From assembly GCA_007130585.1 (NCBI GenBank), contig SLSE01000030.1:4267-68266 (forward strand): 64,000 nucleotides of DNA, given 5' to 3'. The notes under the pieces are model-generated. The model saw only the letters and a program-made list of their open reading frames with translations. It was not told the DNA's origin and did not search any database. This DNA is from Syntrophomonadaceae bacterium. GTDB lineage: Bacteria > Bacillota > Dethiobacteria > DTU022. The translations under genes and the position numbers were made by a program. Shown here one piece after another: positions 10,101 to 19,375 of the stretch; position 1 is the first letter of the stretch, and each line of letters begins with the position of its first letter.

Positions 10101-10280
10101 AATGTCGCTGTCCTCCCCCACACTGCGGACAAAAAGTTCGGTTTGTTCAAACATGGGGGTGCGAATCTCGCCAAACCCGTAAAGGGTGCAGAAATCGCTG
10201 AACAATTTCTCCAGGTGCTGCCACTTTTTTGCTTCATCCGGTAGTATGTCCCGGGTTCCCCGGGGTGCCCTGTAGTTCAT
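7197..10280 (-). CDS. hisS-aspS: histidyl-tRNA synthetase and aspartyl-tRNA synthetase encoded as one in-frame 1027-aa ORF (HisRS-AspRS fusion)
   Basis: The N-terminal ~420 aa are HisRS ([16 protein letters not shown]..., motif 3 GGGRYDHLV). The C-terminal ~590 aa are AspRS (THYCGVL...[21 protein letters not shown] OB fold; class II motif [20 protein letters not shown]). They are joined by [23 protein letters not shown], with no stop codon and no restart in between. Confidence 0.75.
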   Translation of the reverse strand: [1027 protein letters not shown]

Positions 10281-10304
10281 CTCAGTACTCCTCTCCAGTA
10301 ATCG

Positions 10305-10754
10305 CTAAAATAGCTTTTTGCTGTCTATAAGCATGGTTACCGGGCCGTCATTATCAACCATAATGCGCATTTCAGCCTGGAAGCGTCCGGTGGCCACGGT
10401 AATTCCATGCTTTTGCAGGCTCTCGTTAAAATGGTTATAAAGTTCTTCGGCCTGATCCGGCGGGGCCGCAGCCGAAAAACCGGGCCTGCGCCCTTTGCGG
10501 CAATCCCCCAGGAGGGTAAATTGCGATATGCTTAAAATGGAACCGCCCACATCAGTAACAGACAGGTTCATTAACCCGGCCTGGTCTTCAAATATGCGCA
10601 GGCCGGCAATTTTCCCGGCCAGGTAATCGCTGTCGGCAGGCCCGTCTTCCCTGGCCACTCCCAGGAAAACGACCAGTCCTTTTCCGATCTTTCCAACTGT
10701 TTCGGGACCGACTTCCACGCCGGCCCTGCTGACACGCTGAACAACCGCTCTCAT
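10305..10754 (-). CDS. dtd: D-aminoacyl-tRNA deacylase
   Basis: 149 aa reading [15 protein letters not shown]...[10 protein letters not shown]...SQFTLLGD...GPVTMLI. Full-length match to the Dtd fold; it follows rel as in Bacillus. Confidence 0.9.
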   Translation of the reverse strand: MRAVVQRVSRAGVEVGPETVGKIGKGLVVFLGVAREDGPADSDYLAGKIAGLRIFEDQAGLMNLSVTDVGGSILSISQFTLLGDCRKGRRPGFSAAAPPDQAEELYNHFNESLQKHGITVATGRFQAEMRIMVDNDGPVTMLIDSKKLF

Positions 10755-10871
10755 GAAATCCCCCGTGAAATCTCATAATCCAGGCCCCGGGATTCTTTGA
10801 AAAATCCCGGGCCGGCGCAAAAATCAGCCAACCGGACCGGCCAGGCAGCCATCCTGCTCCGGGAGAGCAGG

Positions 10872-13058
10872 CTAGCTTTTCGAGCCATAGACATACCGGT
10901 TGACGGAGTAAACATCTTTTATCTTGTTTATCTTGGACATTATCTGATCGAGATGAACCTGATCCCGAACAACAAGGGTCATATGGATAGTCGCATCCCT
11001 GTTTTTATCAGCCCGGGCTGAAACTGCATTCACCTCGATTTTACTTTCGTTTACAGCGGTCATAATATCAGCCAGCAGGTTCTTGCGATCAGTGGCGCTG
11101 ATTTCTATTTCTACCGGGTATGAAGCGCCTGCCTCGCCTTCCCAGGACGCTTCCAGCATACGGCTTTCATCTCCCCCGTAATGCTTCAGGTTGGGGCAAT
11201 CCCGGCGGTGAATTGATACGCCTCGTCCGCGGGTGACCAGGCCCACAATGTCGTCGCCCGGAACGGGGTTGCAGCAGCGGGCCACTCTCATCAGGAGGTC
11301 GTCCATGCCCTCGATTACAACGCCGGGCGAACCGGGTTTCTGGCGCTTAACCGGCTTAAATTCAGGTATTACTTCTTCCGGTTCTTTATCCTTGTGCCTG
11401 CGCTGGTATTCTTCACGCATCCGGCTGATTACCTGGTGTACTGAAACACCGCCGTAACCGACAGCGGCATAAAGATCTTCAACCCCGGCCAGGTTAAAGG
11501 AACGGGCCACATCGTCTAAAAGATCGTTCTTTAACTGGATGCGCTGCTCGACGTTAATCCGCCTGATTTCCCTTTCTATCATTTCGCGGCCTTTTTCAAT
11601 ATTCTCTTCGCGGCGCTCTTTTTTGAACCAGTTTCGAATCTTGTTTTTGGCATGAGAGGTTTTGACCAGCTTGAGCCAGTCGCGGCTGGGCGATCCCTGC
11701 TTGGAAGTAACAACTTCAACCATGTCACCGGTTTTCAGCTGGTAATCCAGGGGCACGAGGCGCCCGTTAACCCTGGCCCCGGTACAGTGATTTCCGATAT
11801 CGGTGTGGATTTTATAAGCAAAGTCAAGGGTTACCGAGCCGGCAGGAAGATCAATAACATCGCCTTTCGGGGTAAATACGAATACTTCATCGGTAAAGAG
11901 ATCGCCTTTCAGGTCTTTGATAAAGTCGCGGGCATCGCGGTAATCGCCCTGCCATTCCATCAACTGGCGCAACCAGGTCAGCTTATCGTCTATTTCGTCT
12001 GAATCCCTGGTTTTTTCTTTATAACGCCAGTGGGCGGCAATACCGTATTCGGCAGTCCGGTGCATGTCCCATGTCCTGATCTGAATTTCGGCCAGCTCGT
12101 TCTCGGCGGCAAAAACAGTGGTATGCAGGGATTGGTACATGTTGGGTTTGGGCATGGCAATAAAGTCTTTAAAACGGCCCGGGATCGGTTTCCAGATCGT
12201 GTGCACTATACCCAGGGTATGGTAACAGTCCTTTACCGAATCAACAATAATCCTGACTGCGGTAAGATCGTAAATTTCGTTAATATCTTTACCCTGGGAT
12301 TTCATTTTGTTATATATGCTGTAGAGGTGCTTCGGACGGCCCTGGATTTCTGCCTCAATATTTGCTTCGGACAGGTAATCCTGCAGAATCCAGATAATCC
12401 GGTTGATAAATTTTTCGCGTTCCCGTCTCTTCTTGTCCAGCTTCTCAACCAGCTGAAAGTATTCCTCGGGCTGCAGGTAGCGAAAAGCCAGGTCTTCAAG
12501 CTCCCATTTGATCATGTAAATTCCAAGGCGGTGAGCCAGCGGCGCATAAATTTCCAAGGTTTCCCGGGCAATTTCTTTTTGCTTGTGCGTGTTAAGGTAG
12601 CGCAGCGTGCGCAGGTTGTGGGTGCGGTCGGCCAGCTTGATTAAAACCACCCTGATATCCCGGGCCATGGCAATAAACATCTTGCGCAGGGTTTCAGCCT
12701 GCTGCTCTTCCTTTGAAGAAAAGTCGAGACGGCTCAGTTTGGTCACGCCGTCAACCAGGGCGCCGACTTCATCCCCAAATTCCTGCCGGATTTCTTCAAG
12801 GGATATTTCGGTATCTTCAACTACATCATGAAGCAGCCCGGCTATGATCGTTACCAGGTCCAGTTCCAGTTCTGTCAGGATCAGGGCTACCCCGATAGGA
12901 TGGGTAATATAAGATTCTCCCGATTCGCGCAGCTGCCCGGAATGAGCTTCAAGAGAATATCTATAGGCCTTTTCGACCAGGGCCCAGTCTTCCAGGTCGG
13001 GATAGTACCGCTGGATTCTTTTTTTCAGTTCATTTAATTTTTGCTCTTTTACAGCCAT
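10872..13058 (-). CDS. relA: bifunctional (p)ppGpp synthetase/hydrolase Rel/SpoT
   Basis: 728 aa containing an HD hydrolase domain (HPIGVALILTELELD..LLHDVVEDT), a RelA/SpoT synthetase domain, and TGS and ACT domains. Confidence 0.95.
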   Translation of the reverse strand: MAVKEQKLNELKKRIQRYYPDLEDWALVEKAYRYSLEAHSGQLRESGESYITHPIGVALILTELELDLVTIIAGLLHDVVEDTEISLEEIRQEFGDEVGALVDGVTKLSRLDFSSKEEQQAETLRKMFIAMARDIRVVLIKLADRTHNLRTLRYLNTHKQKEIARETLEIYAPLAHRLGIYMIKWELEDLAFRYLQPEEYFQLVEKLDKKRREREKFINRIIWILQDYLSEANIEAEIQGRPKHLYSIYNKMKSQGKDINEIYDLTAVRIIVDSVKDCYHTLGIVHTIWKPIPGRFKDFIAMPKPNMYQSLHTTVFAAENELAEIQIRTWDMHRTAEYGIAAHWRYKEKTRDSDEIDDKLTWLRQLMEWQGDYRDARDFIKDLKGDLFTDEVFVFTPKGDVIDLPAGSVTLDFAYKIHTDIGNHCTGARVNGRLVPLDYQLKTGDMVEVVTSKQGSPSRDWLKLVKTSHAKNKIRNWFKKERREENIEKGREMIEREIRRINVEQRIQLKNDLLDDVARSFNLAGVEDLYAAVGYGGVSVHQVISRMREEYQRRHKDKEPEEVIPEFKPVKRQKPGSPGVVIEGMDDLLMRVARCCNPVPGDDIVGLVTRGRGVSIHRRDCPNLKHYGGDESRMLEASWEGEAGASYPVEIEISATDRKNLLADIMTAVNESKIEVNAVSARADKNRDATIHMTLVVRDQVHLDQIMSKINKIKDVYSVNRYVYGSKS

Positions 13059-13203
13059 ATTTAACGTTCCCCGGCACTGTTTTTTTCATGCCTTAATCCG
13101 TAACCGGCCTGCCTCTGCCGGAAAGGTCCGTGCAGGCAGGCCGCTACCGTTATAGACACCCTCTATAATACTAAAAAATGGCTATAAATTCTATAGTACT
13201 TAG

Positions 13204-15630
13204 TTAAATGCCGCTGAGATCTTTAAAGTAAAGGCAGATTTCTTCGGGGGTTCCGTCAAGGAGCAGACGCTGGAAGTGTTCGCAGCTCTCGGAGAGTTCC
13301 TCGCATTCAATATAGGTGGGCGACGATTCAAGGCAGGCAGGCCAGGTTTTCATTATAGCCGCGCTGTCGGAAAGAAGACCGCCTTCCTCAAGGAGCCCAA
13401 TTTCGTTCAGGATGCTTCCAACCCGGTCCCAAAATCTTTTGACCGGCTTGTAACCCAGGTGCCGGCCGACCTGACCGGGCAAAATTATTTTAGCGCCCGT
13501 GTTTGCGGTTTGAAGCAGGCCGGCAATAATCGTTTCCAGCGCTTCCGCAGAAGGAAGGGATAATTCCGTTAGCCTGCTATTCCGCTCCTGGTCAGGATGA
13601 TCATAGAGCAGGTAAACCTTTAACTGCTTTCCGCCGGAACGGCTTCTGAAAATCTCTTCTACCATACTTTCGTGCAGGGGCAGATCGTAAAGAAAGAGCG
13701 CCTCTGCAGCTGCGTGAAGTTCAGCTTCGCCCTGTGCGCCTCCACTGGTAACCAGATGCAGGGTTTTCCCCCCGGGGCAGGCAGCTTTGACTTGATTGGC
13801 CCTTGAAACGGTGGCGGCAAAAAGTATCCCCGCCCCTTTTTCCCGGCCGAGAATTTCTTTTGCCAGGGCAGCGCGGTTATTGCTGCCGCGGCGGTCGATG
13901 ATCTCTATATTTTCACAGGTCACGCTGTCACTGTAGCTTAAATCCTTCAGTTCAATTTCGAGGGTTTCTTTTTCGCGGAAAAACCCGTTTTTCAGCCGGA
14001 ATGCCAGGTCCGCCCGGCGTCCTTTTTCCAGCAGGCGTTCCAGGCCGGCGCCGGCAAACATAATGGTATCCAGGAGCCGGCCCCCTTTCTGCACGCTGAT
14101 CTTCAGGTGCTGTTTGTCTGCGCCAACCGGGCGCCAGGAAACTATTTCCCAGTCCCTGCTCCCGAACAGCGGCCTGGGGTTGCCTGTTCCAAAAGGCTGC
14201 AGCTGTTCAAGCAGTCCGGCCAGCCCGGAGTTTATTTCGTGCTCTTCCAGCCCGGCATCCAGGTAGAGTTTGGCTTTTAGGCTGTTTTCATCGAGATTGG
14301 CCCGGGCATAACAGTTCAGGCTGTCGCGCAGCCGGGAAATTTTTTCTTTGTCAACTGTAAATCCCGCCGCCTGGTCGTGTCCTCCGAAGCGTTCCAGCAG
14401 AGAAGCGCTGCCGGCAAGGGCTGCGGTTATATCAAAGCCGGGAATACTGCGCGCTGAACCGCGGCCCCGGCCATCTTCAATGGCAACCAGGGCTACCGGC
14501 CTGTGGAATTTTTCCACCAGCCGCGAGGCAACAATTCCGATAACGCCGTGGTGCCAGCTTTCAGCAGCAAGGGTAATTATTTTTGTATCCTCTGCGTCCA
14601 GCAGTTTTTCGGCAGCCTCCACAGCTTCTGCCAGTATTTTTTGCTCCGTTGCCCGGCGGGTCAGGTTGGAGCGGTGCAGCCCGGCAGCGAGAACCTCCGC
14701 TTTCGCTTCATCATCTTCAAGCAGCAGCCGGGCAGCCGGGAGCGCCTCGCCCATCCGCCCGGCAGCATTAACTGCCGGCGCCAGGATAAAAGAGAGGGCA
14801 GAGCTGTTAATACGGGAAGGCTCCAGCCTAACCTCCCCGGCCAGGGCTCTGAAACCGATCCGTTTAAGGCCGCGCAAAACTTCCAGGCCTGCTGCGACAA
14901 TCACCCTGTTTTCGTCAACCAGGGGCACCACGTCGGCAGCTGTTCCCAGTGCAGCAAGGTCGAGCAGATCCAGCGGAAAAGGCCGGCCTGCCTTTTCCGC
15001 CAGGGCCACAGCCAGCTTGAAAGCGATGCCGGCCCCGGAGAGATCTTTAAAAGGATAAGGACAATCCCGCTGCAGGGGATTAATTACTGAAAGAGCCTCC
15101 GGAAGAAGGTCAAGGGGCTGGTGATGGTCGGTTATGATCAGGTCCAGGCCGATCTCTGAAGCATAGGCAGCTTCCCGCACGGCGTTAATCCCGCAGTCGA
15201 CCGTTACCACCAGTGAAGCGCCGTCTTCTTTAAACATTTTTAAAGGCTCAATGTGCAGGCCGTAACCTTCTTCGAAACGGCTGGGCAGAAAATAGTCTAC
15301 CCGGGCACCCAGCCGGTTAAGGGCTTCGACCATGATTACCGTAGCGCTGATCCCGTCTGCATCGTAGTCGCCGTGAATGATAATTTTTTCATCGTTTCCG
15401 ATCGCTTCCAGCAGCCTGGCGACAGCCTCTTCCATGCCGAGCATCTGCCCGGGCGGATACAGCTGTTCAGTTGAAGGGCATAAAAATGCCCCGGCCTGCC
15501 CGGAATCTTCGATTCCTCGTTTAAGCAGCAGCCGGGCCAGGGCAGGAGGGGCGTTTATTTCCCGGGCCAGTTCATTTGCGCGGCCCTGATCGCAGGCGGG
15601 CCAGATCCATTCTCTATCGCTCAGGCTCAT
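13204..15630 (-). CDS. recJ: single-stranded-DNA-specific exonuclease RecJ
   Basis: DHH motif IIIHGDYDADGISA, a DHHA1 domain and a long C-terminal OB-fold extension typical of Firmicutes RecJ (808 aa). Confidence 0.9.
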   Translation of the reverse strand: MSLSDREWIWPACDQGRANELAREINAPPALARLLLKRGIEDSGQAGAFLCPSTEQLYPPGQMLGMEEAVARLLEAIGNDEKIIIHGDYDADGISATVIMVEALNRLGARVDYFLPSRFEEGYGLHIEPLKMFKEDGASLVVTVDCGINAVREAAYASEIGLDLIITDHHQPLDLLPEALSVINPLQRDCPYPFKDLSGAGIAFKLAVALAEKAGRPFPLDLLDLAALGTAADVVPLVDENRVIVAAGLEVLRGLKRIGFRALAGEVRLEPSRINSSALSFILAPAVNAAGRMGEALPAARLLLEDDEAKAEVLAAGLHRSNLTRRATEQKILAEAVEAAEKLLDAEDTKIITLAAESWHHGVIGIVASRLVEKFHRPVALVAIEDGRGRGSARSIPGFDITAALAGSASLLERFGGHDQAAGFTVDKEKISRLRDSLNCYARANLDENSLKAKLYLDAGLEEHEINSGLAGLLEQLQPFGTGNPRPLFGSRDWEIVSWRPVGADKQHLKISVQKGGRLLDTIMFAGAGLERLLEKGRRADLAFRLKNGFFREKETLEIELKDLSYSDSVTCENIEIIDRRGSNNRAALAKEILGREKGAGILFAATVSRANQVKAACPGGKTLHLVTSGGAQGEAELHAAAEALFLYDLPLHESMVEEIFRSRSGGKQLKVYLLYDHPDQERNSRLTELSLPSAEALETIIAGLLQTANTGAKIILPGQVGRHLGYKPVKRFWDRVGSILNEIGLLEEGGLLSDSAAIMKTWPACLESSPTYIECEELSESCEHFQRLLLDGTPEEICLYFKDLSGI

Positions 15631-16057
15631 CCGGCTCTTCTTCCACCTTTTCTTCGGCAGCAGTCTCTTCGGCAGGCGCGGGATCAGCTTGCGGTTTCCC
15701 TGCCCGGCCTTCCTCGCTTTCCCCTTCCGTATCTTCTTCGGGGACAGAAACGGCTTTATTTAATTCGGCTTCCAGGAAAACTTTTTCTTCTTCCAGGGCT
15801 TTAACCTGTTTTTCCAGTTTTTCCTGCCTGCTCCGCATCTCGCGAAAGGCAAAAGCATTCCGGATCCCGCGGAAAAGGGCAAAAAAGCCCATTACCAGGG
15901 CTCCGACAAAAGCTGAACCCAGGATCAGCAGGATCAACGGCATTTCAGCCCGCCCGAAAATATAGCTGACAGTAACCTGCTCCGTGTTGGCAAGAGCGAT
16001 TATGGCTATGATCAGGCTGAAGACAAGGCCTAAAATGAGATAAAATGAACCCATCAA
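15614..16057 (-). CDS. small membrane protein, LapA/DUF1049-like with acidic coiled-coil tail
   Basis: 147 aa with two N-terminal TM helices (LILGLVFSLIIAIIALA / LILLILGSAFVGALVMGFFALF), then a coiled-coil and a Glu/Pro/Ala-rich C-terminus. It overlaps the recJ start by 17 nt. Confidence 0.5.
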   Translation of the reverse strand: MMGSFYLILGLVFSLIIAIIALANTEQVTVSYIFGRAEMPLILLILGSAFVGALVMGFFALFRGIRNAFAFREMRSRQEKLEKQVKALEEEKVFLEAELNKAVSVPEEDTEGESEEGRAGKPQADPAPAEETAAEEKVEEEPDEPER

Positions 16058-16078
16058 TTTCCCCTCCCCGATAATATA

Positions 16079-17002
16079 TCAAGCGGCGGTGCGTTTTTGC
16101 CGGCCAAACTTCACATCCTGCAGGTTAAGCCACAGCGGGCTGGCCACAAAGATAGAAGAATAGGTGCCGACCAGTACTCCCAGGATCAGGGCAACCACGA
16201 AAACAACCAAATCCAGGCTGCCGATAAAGTAATGGAATCCGAACAACAGGGCCACCAGGACAAAGAGGGTGGTCAGTGATGTATTTATTGAACGGACCAG
16301 GCTCTGGTTGATGCTCTCGTTAACGATTGAAGCGTATTCGCTCCTTCGCCCGTGCCTGATGTTTTCCCGGATCCGGTCGATAATTACAATGGTATCGTTT
16401 ACGGAGTACCCGAAAACGGTCAGTATGGCAGCGACGAAAGGAACGTTGATTTCCAGCTGCAGGATGGAGAAAATGCCGACTACAACAATAATGTTGTGCA
16501 GAAGGGCGGCGATAGTGGCCAGGGCAAACCTGAACTCAAACCGGTACGTTATATAACCAATCATCAGGACGATTGCCACCAGCAGGGACAGAATTGCCTG
16601 GCGGGTCAGTTCGGCCCCGATTACGGAACCAACGCTTTCGATGCGCAAATCACCGGGGTCAAGGGCGGGCCAGCGCTCCCTGAAGGCATTCAAGATTTCA
16701 TCGCGCCGTTCTTCGCCGATTACGGGGGCTTTAATTACCAGGCCTTCATCGGTAAGCTCGCCGGTCAGATCCCGGCCCTGGACAACCTGGAGGGCTGCTC
16801 CATCAAGCTCTTCGAAAGGGGCGGTGACTTCCCGCACTTCCTCAAGTGAAAATTCTTCACCGAGGTTCAGGTGCAGTACCGTCCCCCCTGTAAAATCTAT
16901 CCCCAGGTTTAAACCGAAAACAGCCATGGACAGGATCCCGGCAATAACAAGGACTGCTGACAAAAGGTATGCTTTCCGGCGGTTGCCAATAAAATCAATC
17001 AT
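16079..17002 (-). CDS. secF: protein translocase subunit SecF
   Basis: 307 aa with an N-terminus MIDFIGNRRKAYLLSAV and a 6-TM SecD/SecF domain. It overlaps the secD stop. Confidence 0.9.
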   Translation of the reverse strand: MIDFIGNRRKAYLLSAVLVIAGILSMAVFGLNLGIDFTGGTVLHLNLGEEFSLEEVREVTAPFEELDGAALQVVQGRDLTGELTDEGLVIKAPVIGEERRDEILNAFRERWPALDPGDLRIESVGSVIGAELTRQAILSLLVAIVLMIGYITYRFEFRFALATIAALLHNIIVVVGIFSILQLEINVPFVAAILTVFGYSVNDTIVIIDRIRENIRHGRRSEYASIVNESINQSLVRSINTSLTTLFVLVALLFGFHYFIGSLDLVVFVVALILGVLVGTYSSIFVASPLWLNLQDVKFGRQKRTAA

Positions 17003-18258
17003 TGTCCTCTCACCCCCACGTAAGCCCCGCTCCGGATCAGGCCGGCCCTGAAAGCAAAGCGCATCAGCAGGCGGGTAAAGACTATAGCTGTAAACATGCT
17101 GCAGATGATTCCCACAAACAGGGTCACGGCGAAACCCCTGACCGGTCCGCTGGCCAGGGAAAAAAGGACGATTGTAACAATAAGGGTAGTTACGTTGGCA
17201 TCGAGAATAGCCCGAAAAGCCCTTTGAAAACCGCCTTCCATTGCGCTGCGCGGGGTGCGGCCCGAGCGCAGTTCGTCCTTGATCCTTTCAAAAATAATTA
17301 CGTTGGCATCAACTGCCATCCCGATCGAAAGTATCAGGCCCGCAATACCGGGAAGAGTAAGGGTCATGGGCAGGTAAGTCAGGGCCCATAACACCAGGGT
17401 CATGTAAAAGACCAGGGCTATACCGGCGATTAACCCGGCTGCCCGGTAGAATATTACCATAAACAACAGGACCAGGGCCAGGCCGATTCCGGCGGCATAA
17501 ACCGCTATCTCTTCAGTTCGCTGGCCCAGCGTGGGGCCGATCATGCGGGATTCAAGTTCCCGCAATTCAACAGGCAGGGCGCCGCTGCGCAAAAGGAGGG
17601 CCAGTTCAGCGGCTTCTTCAAAAGTAAAAGTGCCGGTTATGCTGCCGTGGCCGTCGGGAACCACACTATGGACAACAGGTTCGGAAATAATTTCACCATC
17701 CAGGACAATGGCGATCGGCTGTCCCAGGTATTCTTCAGTGGCCGCGGCAAAGATTTGGGCCCCTTCAGAATCAAATTCAATACTGACAAAAGGATAAGGG
17801 GACTGCTCGATAACTCTCTGGGCCCTGGCATCAACAAGGTTGGCGCCGGTAAGGATTTCCTCGCCGTCGGGCCCGATAAACTGGAGAAGGGCCGTCCGCC
17901 CGATAATTGCCCGGGCCTGTTCGACTTCTTCCAGGTCCGGCAGCTCGATCCGGATCCGGTCATCGCCCTGTGCTGCTATGACCGGTTCAGCAACACCGAG
18001 TTCATCGACGCGCATGCGGATAATTTGAATAGCGCGGTCGATTGTATCTTCATCAACCTCGCGGCCTTCTGTTTCCACGGCTTCCATGAGGACATAAAGC
18101 CCGCCCGCAATATCAAGGCCGCGCCTGATGCCATCTTCCCGGTCGGCCGCGTTTTGAAATGCATAGTAACCTGATCCTATAATCAGGAGGCACAGGACAG
18201 CCAGGATCAGAACGCGGCCCGGGTTTATCTTTGGATTCATGAATCTACCACTCTCCAT
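16999..18258 (-). CDS. secD: protein translocase subunit SecD
   Basis: 419 aa with a periplasmic P1 domain and a C-terminal SecD/F TM bundle. The true start may be the internal MNPKINP. Confidence 0.9.
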   Translation of the reverse strand: MESGRFMNPKINPGRVLILAVLCLLIIGSGYYAFQNAADREDGIRRGLDIAGGLYVLMEAVETEGREVDEDTIDRAIQIIRMRVDELGVAEPVIAAQGDDRIRIELPDLEEVEQARAIIGRTALLQFIGPDGEEILTGANLVDARAQRVIEQSPYPFVSIEFDSEGAQIFAAATEEYLGQPIAIVLDGEIISEPVVHSVVPDGHGSITGTFTFEEAAELALLLRSGALPVELRELESRMIGPTLGQRTEEIAVYAAGIGLALVLLFMVIFYRAAGLIAGIALVFYMTLVLWALTYLPMTLTLPGIAGLILSIGMAVDANVIIFERIKDELRSGRTPRSAMEGGFQRAFRAILDANVTTLIVTIVLFSLASGPVRGFAVTLFVGIICSMFTAIVFTRLLMRFAFRAGLIRSGAYVGVRGQ

Positions 18259-18279
18259 TCTACTGAACAGCTGTGCAAT

Positions 18280-19371
18280 TTAATGTAAAACAGACTCCAC
18301 AGTTTGCTTGATCAGTTGTTCATCGTTAACCGGAACTATCTTAGCAGAACCGATGCCCGACGGCAAGACAAATATCAGATCGCTGTCGCGACGTTTTTTG
18401 TCATGCTTAAGTTTATCGATTATTTTTTCAGCGGTCAAACCGGAGGGCGGCTTTTTAAAACCTGTTTTATTCAGCAGGGCATAAATCCGTTCCGACGAAG
18501 CGCTGTCAATTAAGTTCCCGGCGATCGCGATCCGGACTGCGGCAGCCATGCCGGCCAGGACGGCTTCGCCGTGCAGGTAATGAGAGTACCCGGTAGCTGC
18601 TTCAAGGGCATGGCCGATAGTATGGCCAAAATTAAGAACCCGGCGGTAATCTCTTTCGTGCTCATCTGCCTCAACAACCCTGGCCTTGGCCCTGATCGAT
18701 TCGCCCACGGCCCGGGCAAGGCGGGCGCTGTCACCCCGAAGCAGGCGATCAAGATTTTCTTCCAGCCAGAGGAAAAATTCTTTATTTTCAATAATGCCAT
18801 ACTTGATAACTTCGGCCAGCCCGGCCAGCAGCTGCCGTTCGGGAAGTGAACCGAGCAGCCCGGGATCGATGATAACCAGGCGGGGCGGGTAAATTGTGCC
18901 GATCAGGTTCTTCCCCCGGGGATGGTTTACAGCTACCTTGCCTCCTACGCTGCTGTCCACCTGGGCCAGGAGCGATGTGGGAACCATGACCAGGGGCACG
19001 CCCCGCATGTAGGTCGAGGCTGCAAAACCGGCCAGGTCGCCGATCATTCCCCCACCCAGGGCAATAACCGGGGAATTACGGTCCAGGCCTGCATCAACAG
19101 CAGCATCGTAAAGCCTGGAAACCACAGCCAGGTTTTTTGATTGCTCCCCCGGCGGCACCTCAAAGGCAGTTACTTCCCATTTCTCAGATTTCAGGGCCTT
19201 TAGCGCTGTTTCACCGTAAAGACTGAAAACATTTGAATCGCTTACAAGCATGGCCCTGCCTGATGGTATCAGCAGGCGGACGCTTTTCCCAAGATCCCGC
19301 AGGGCGCCGTTTTCAATCAGCACCCTGTAGGTTAAGTTCGAAGACCGCACCATTATTTCTTCGCCGGTCAT
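18280..19371 (-). CDS. aroB: 3-dehydroquinate synthase
   Basis: Glycine-rich NAD site GGGMIGDLAGFAASTYMRGV plus the metal-binding region (VDSSVGGKVAVNH). Confidence 0.9.
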   Translation of the reverse strand: MTGEEIMVRSSNLTYRVLIENGALRDLGKSVRLLIPSGRAMLVSDSNVFSLYGETALKALKSEKWEVTAFEVPPGEQSKNLAVVSRLYDAAVDAGLDRNSPVIALGGGMIGDLAGFAASTYMRGVPLVMVPTSLLAQVDSSVGGKVAVNHPRGKNLIGTIYPPRLVIIDPGLLGSLPERQLLAGLAEVIKYGIIENKEFFLWLEENLDRLLRGDSARLARAVGESIRAKARVVEADEHERDYRRVLNFGHTIGHALEAATGYSHYLHGEAVLAGMAAAVRIAIAGNLIDSASSERIYALLNKTGFKKPPSGLTAEKIIDKLKHDKKRRDSDLIFVLPSGIGSAKIVPVNDEQLIKQTVESVLH

Positions 19372-19375
19372 ACTT

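Noticed and set aside
13059-13203. 9-bp perfect hairpin GGCCTGCCT...AGGCAGGCC between rel and recJ as terminator
   Set aside because: It is not followed by a U-run on either strand. It is more likely a 5'-UTR structure or a protein-binding element than an intrinsic terminator.
14348-15090. Long + strand ORFs (236 and 195 aa) inside recJ
   Set aside because: They are antisense shadow ORFs of a high-GC coding region. They have low-complexity Ala/Ser/Arg-rich composition, no SD and no recognisable domains, while the minus-strand RecJ is unambiguous.
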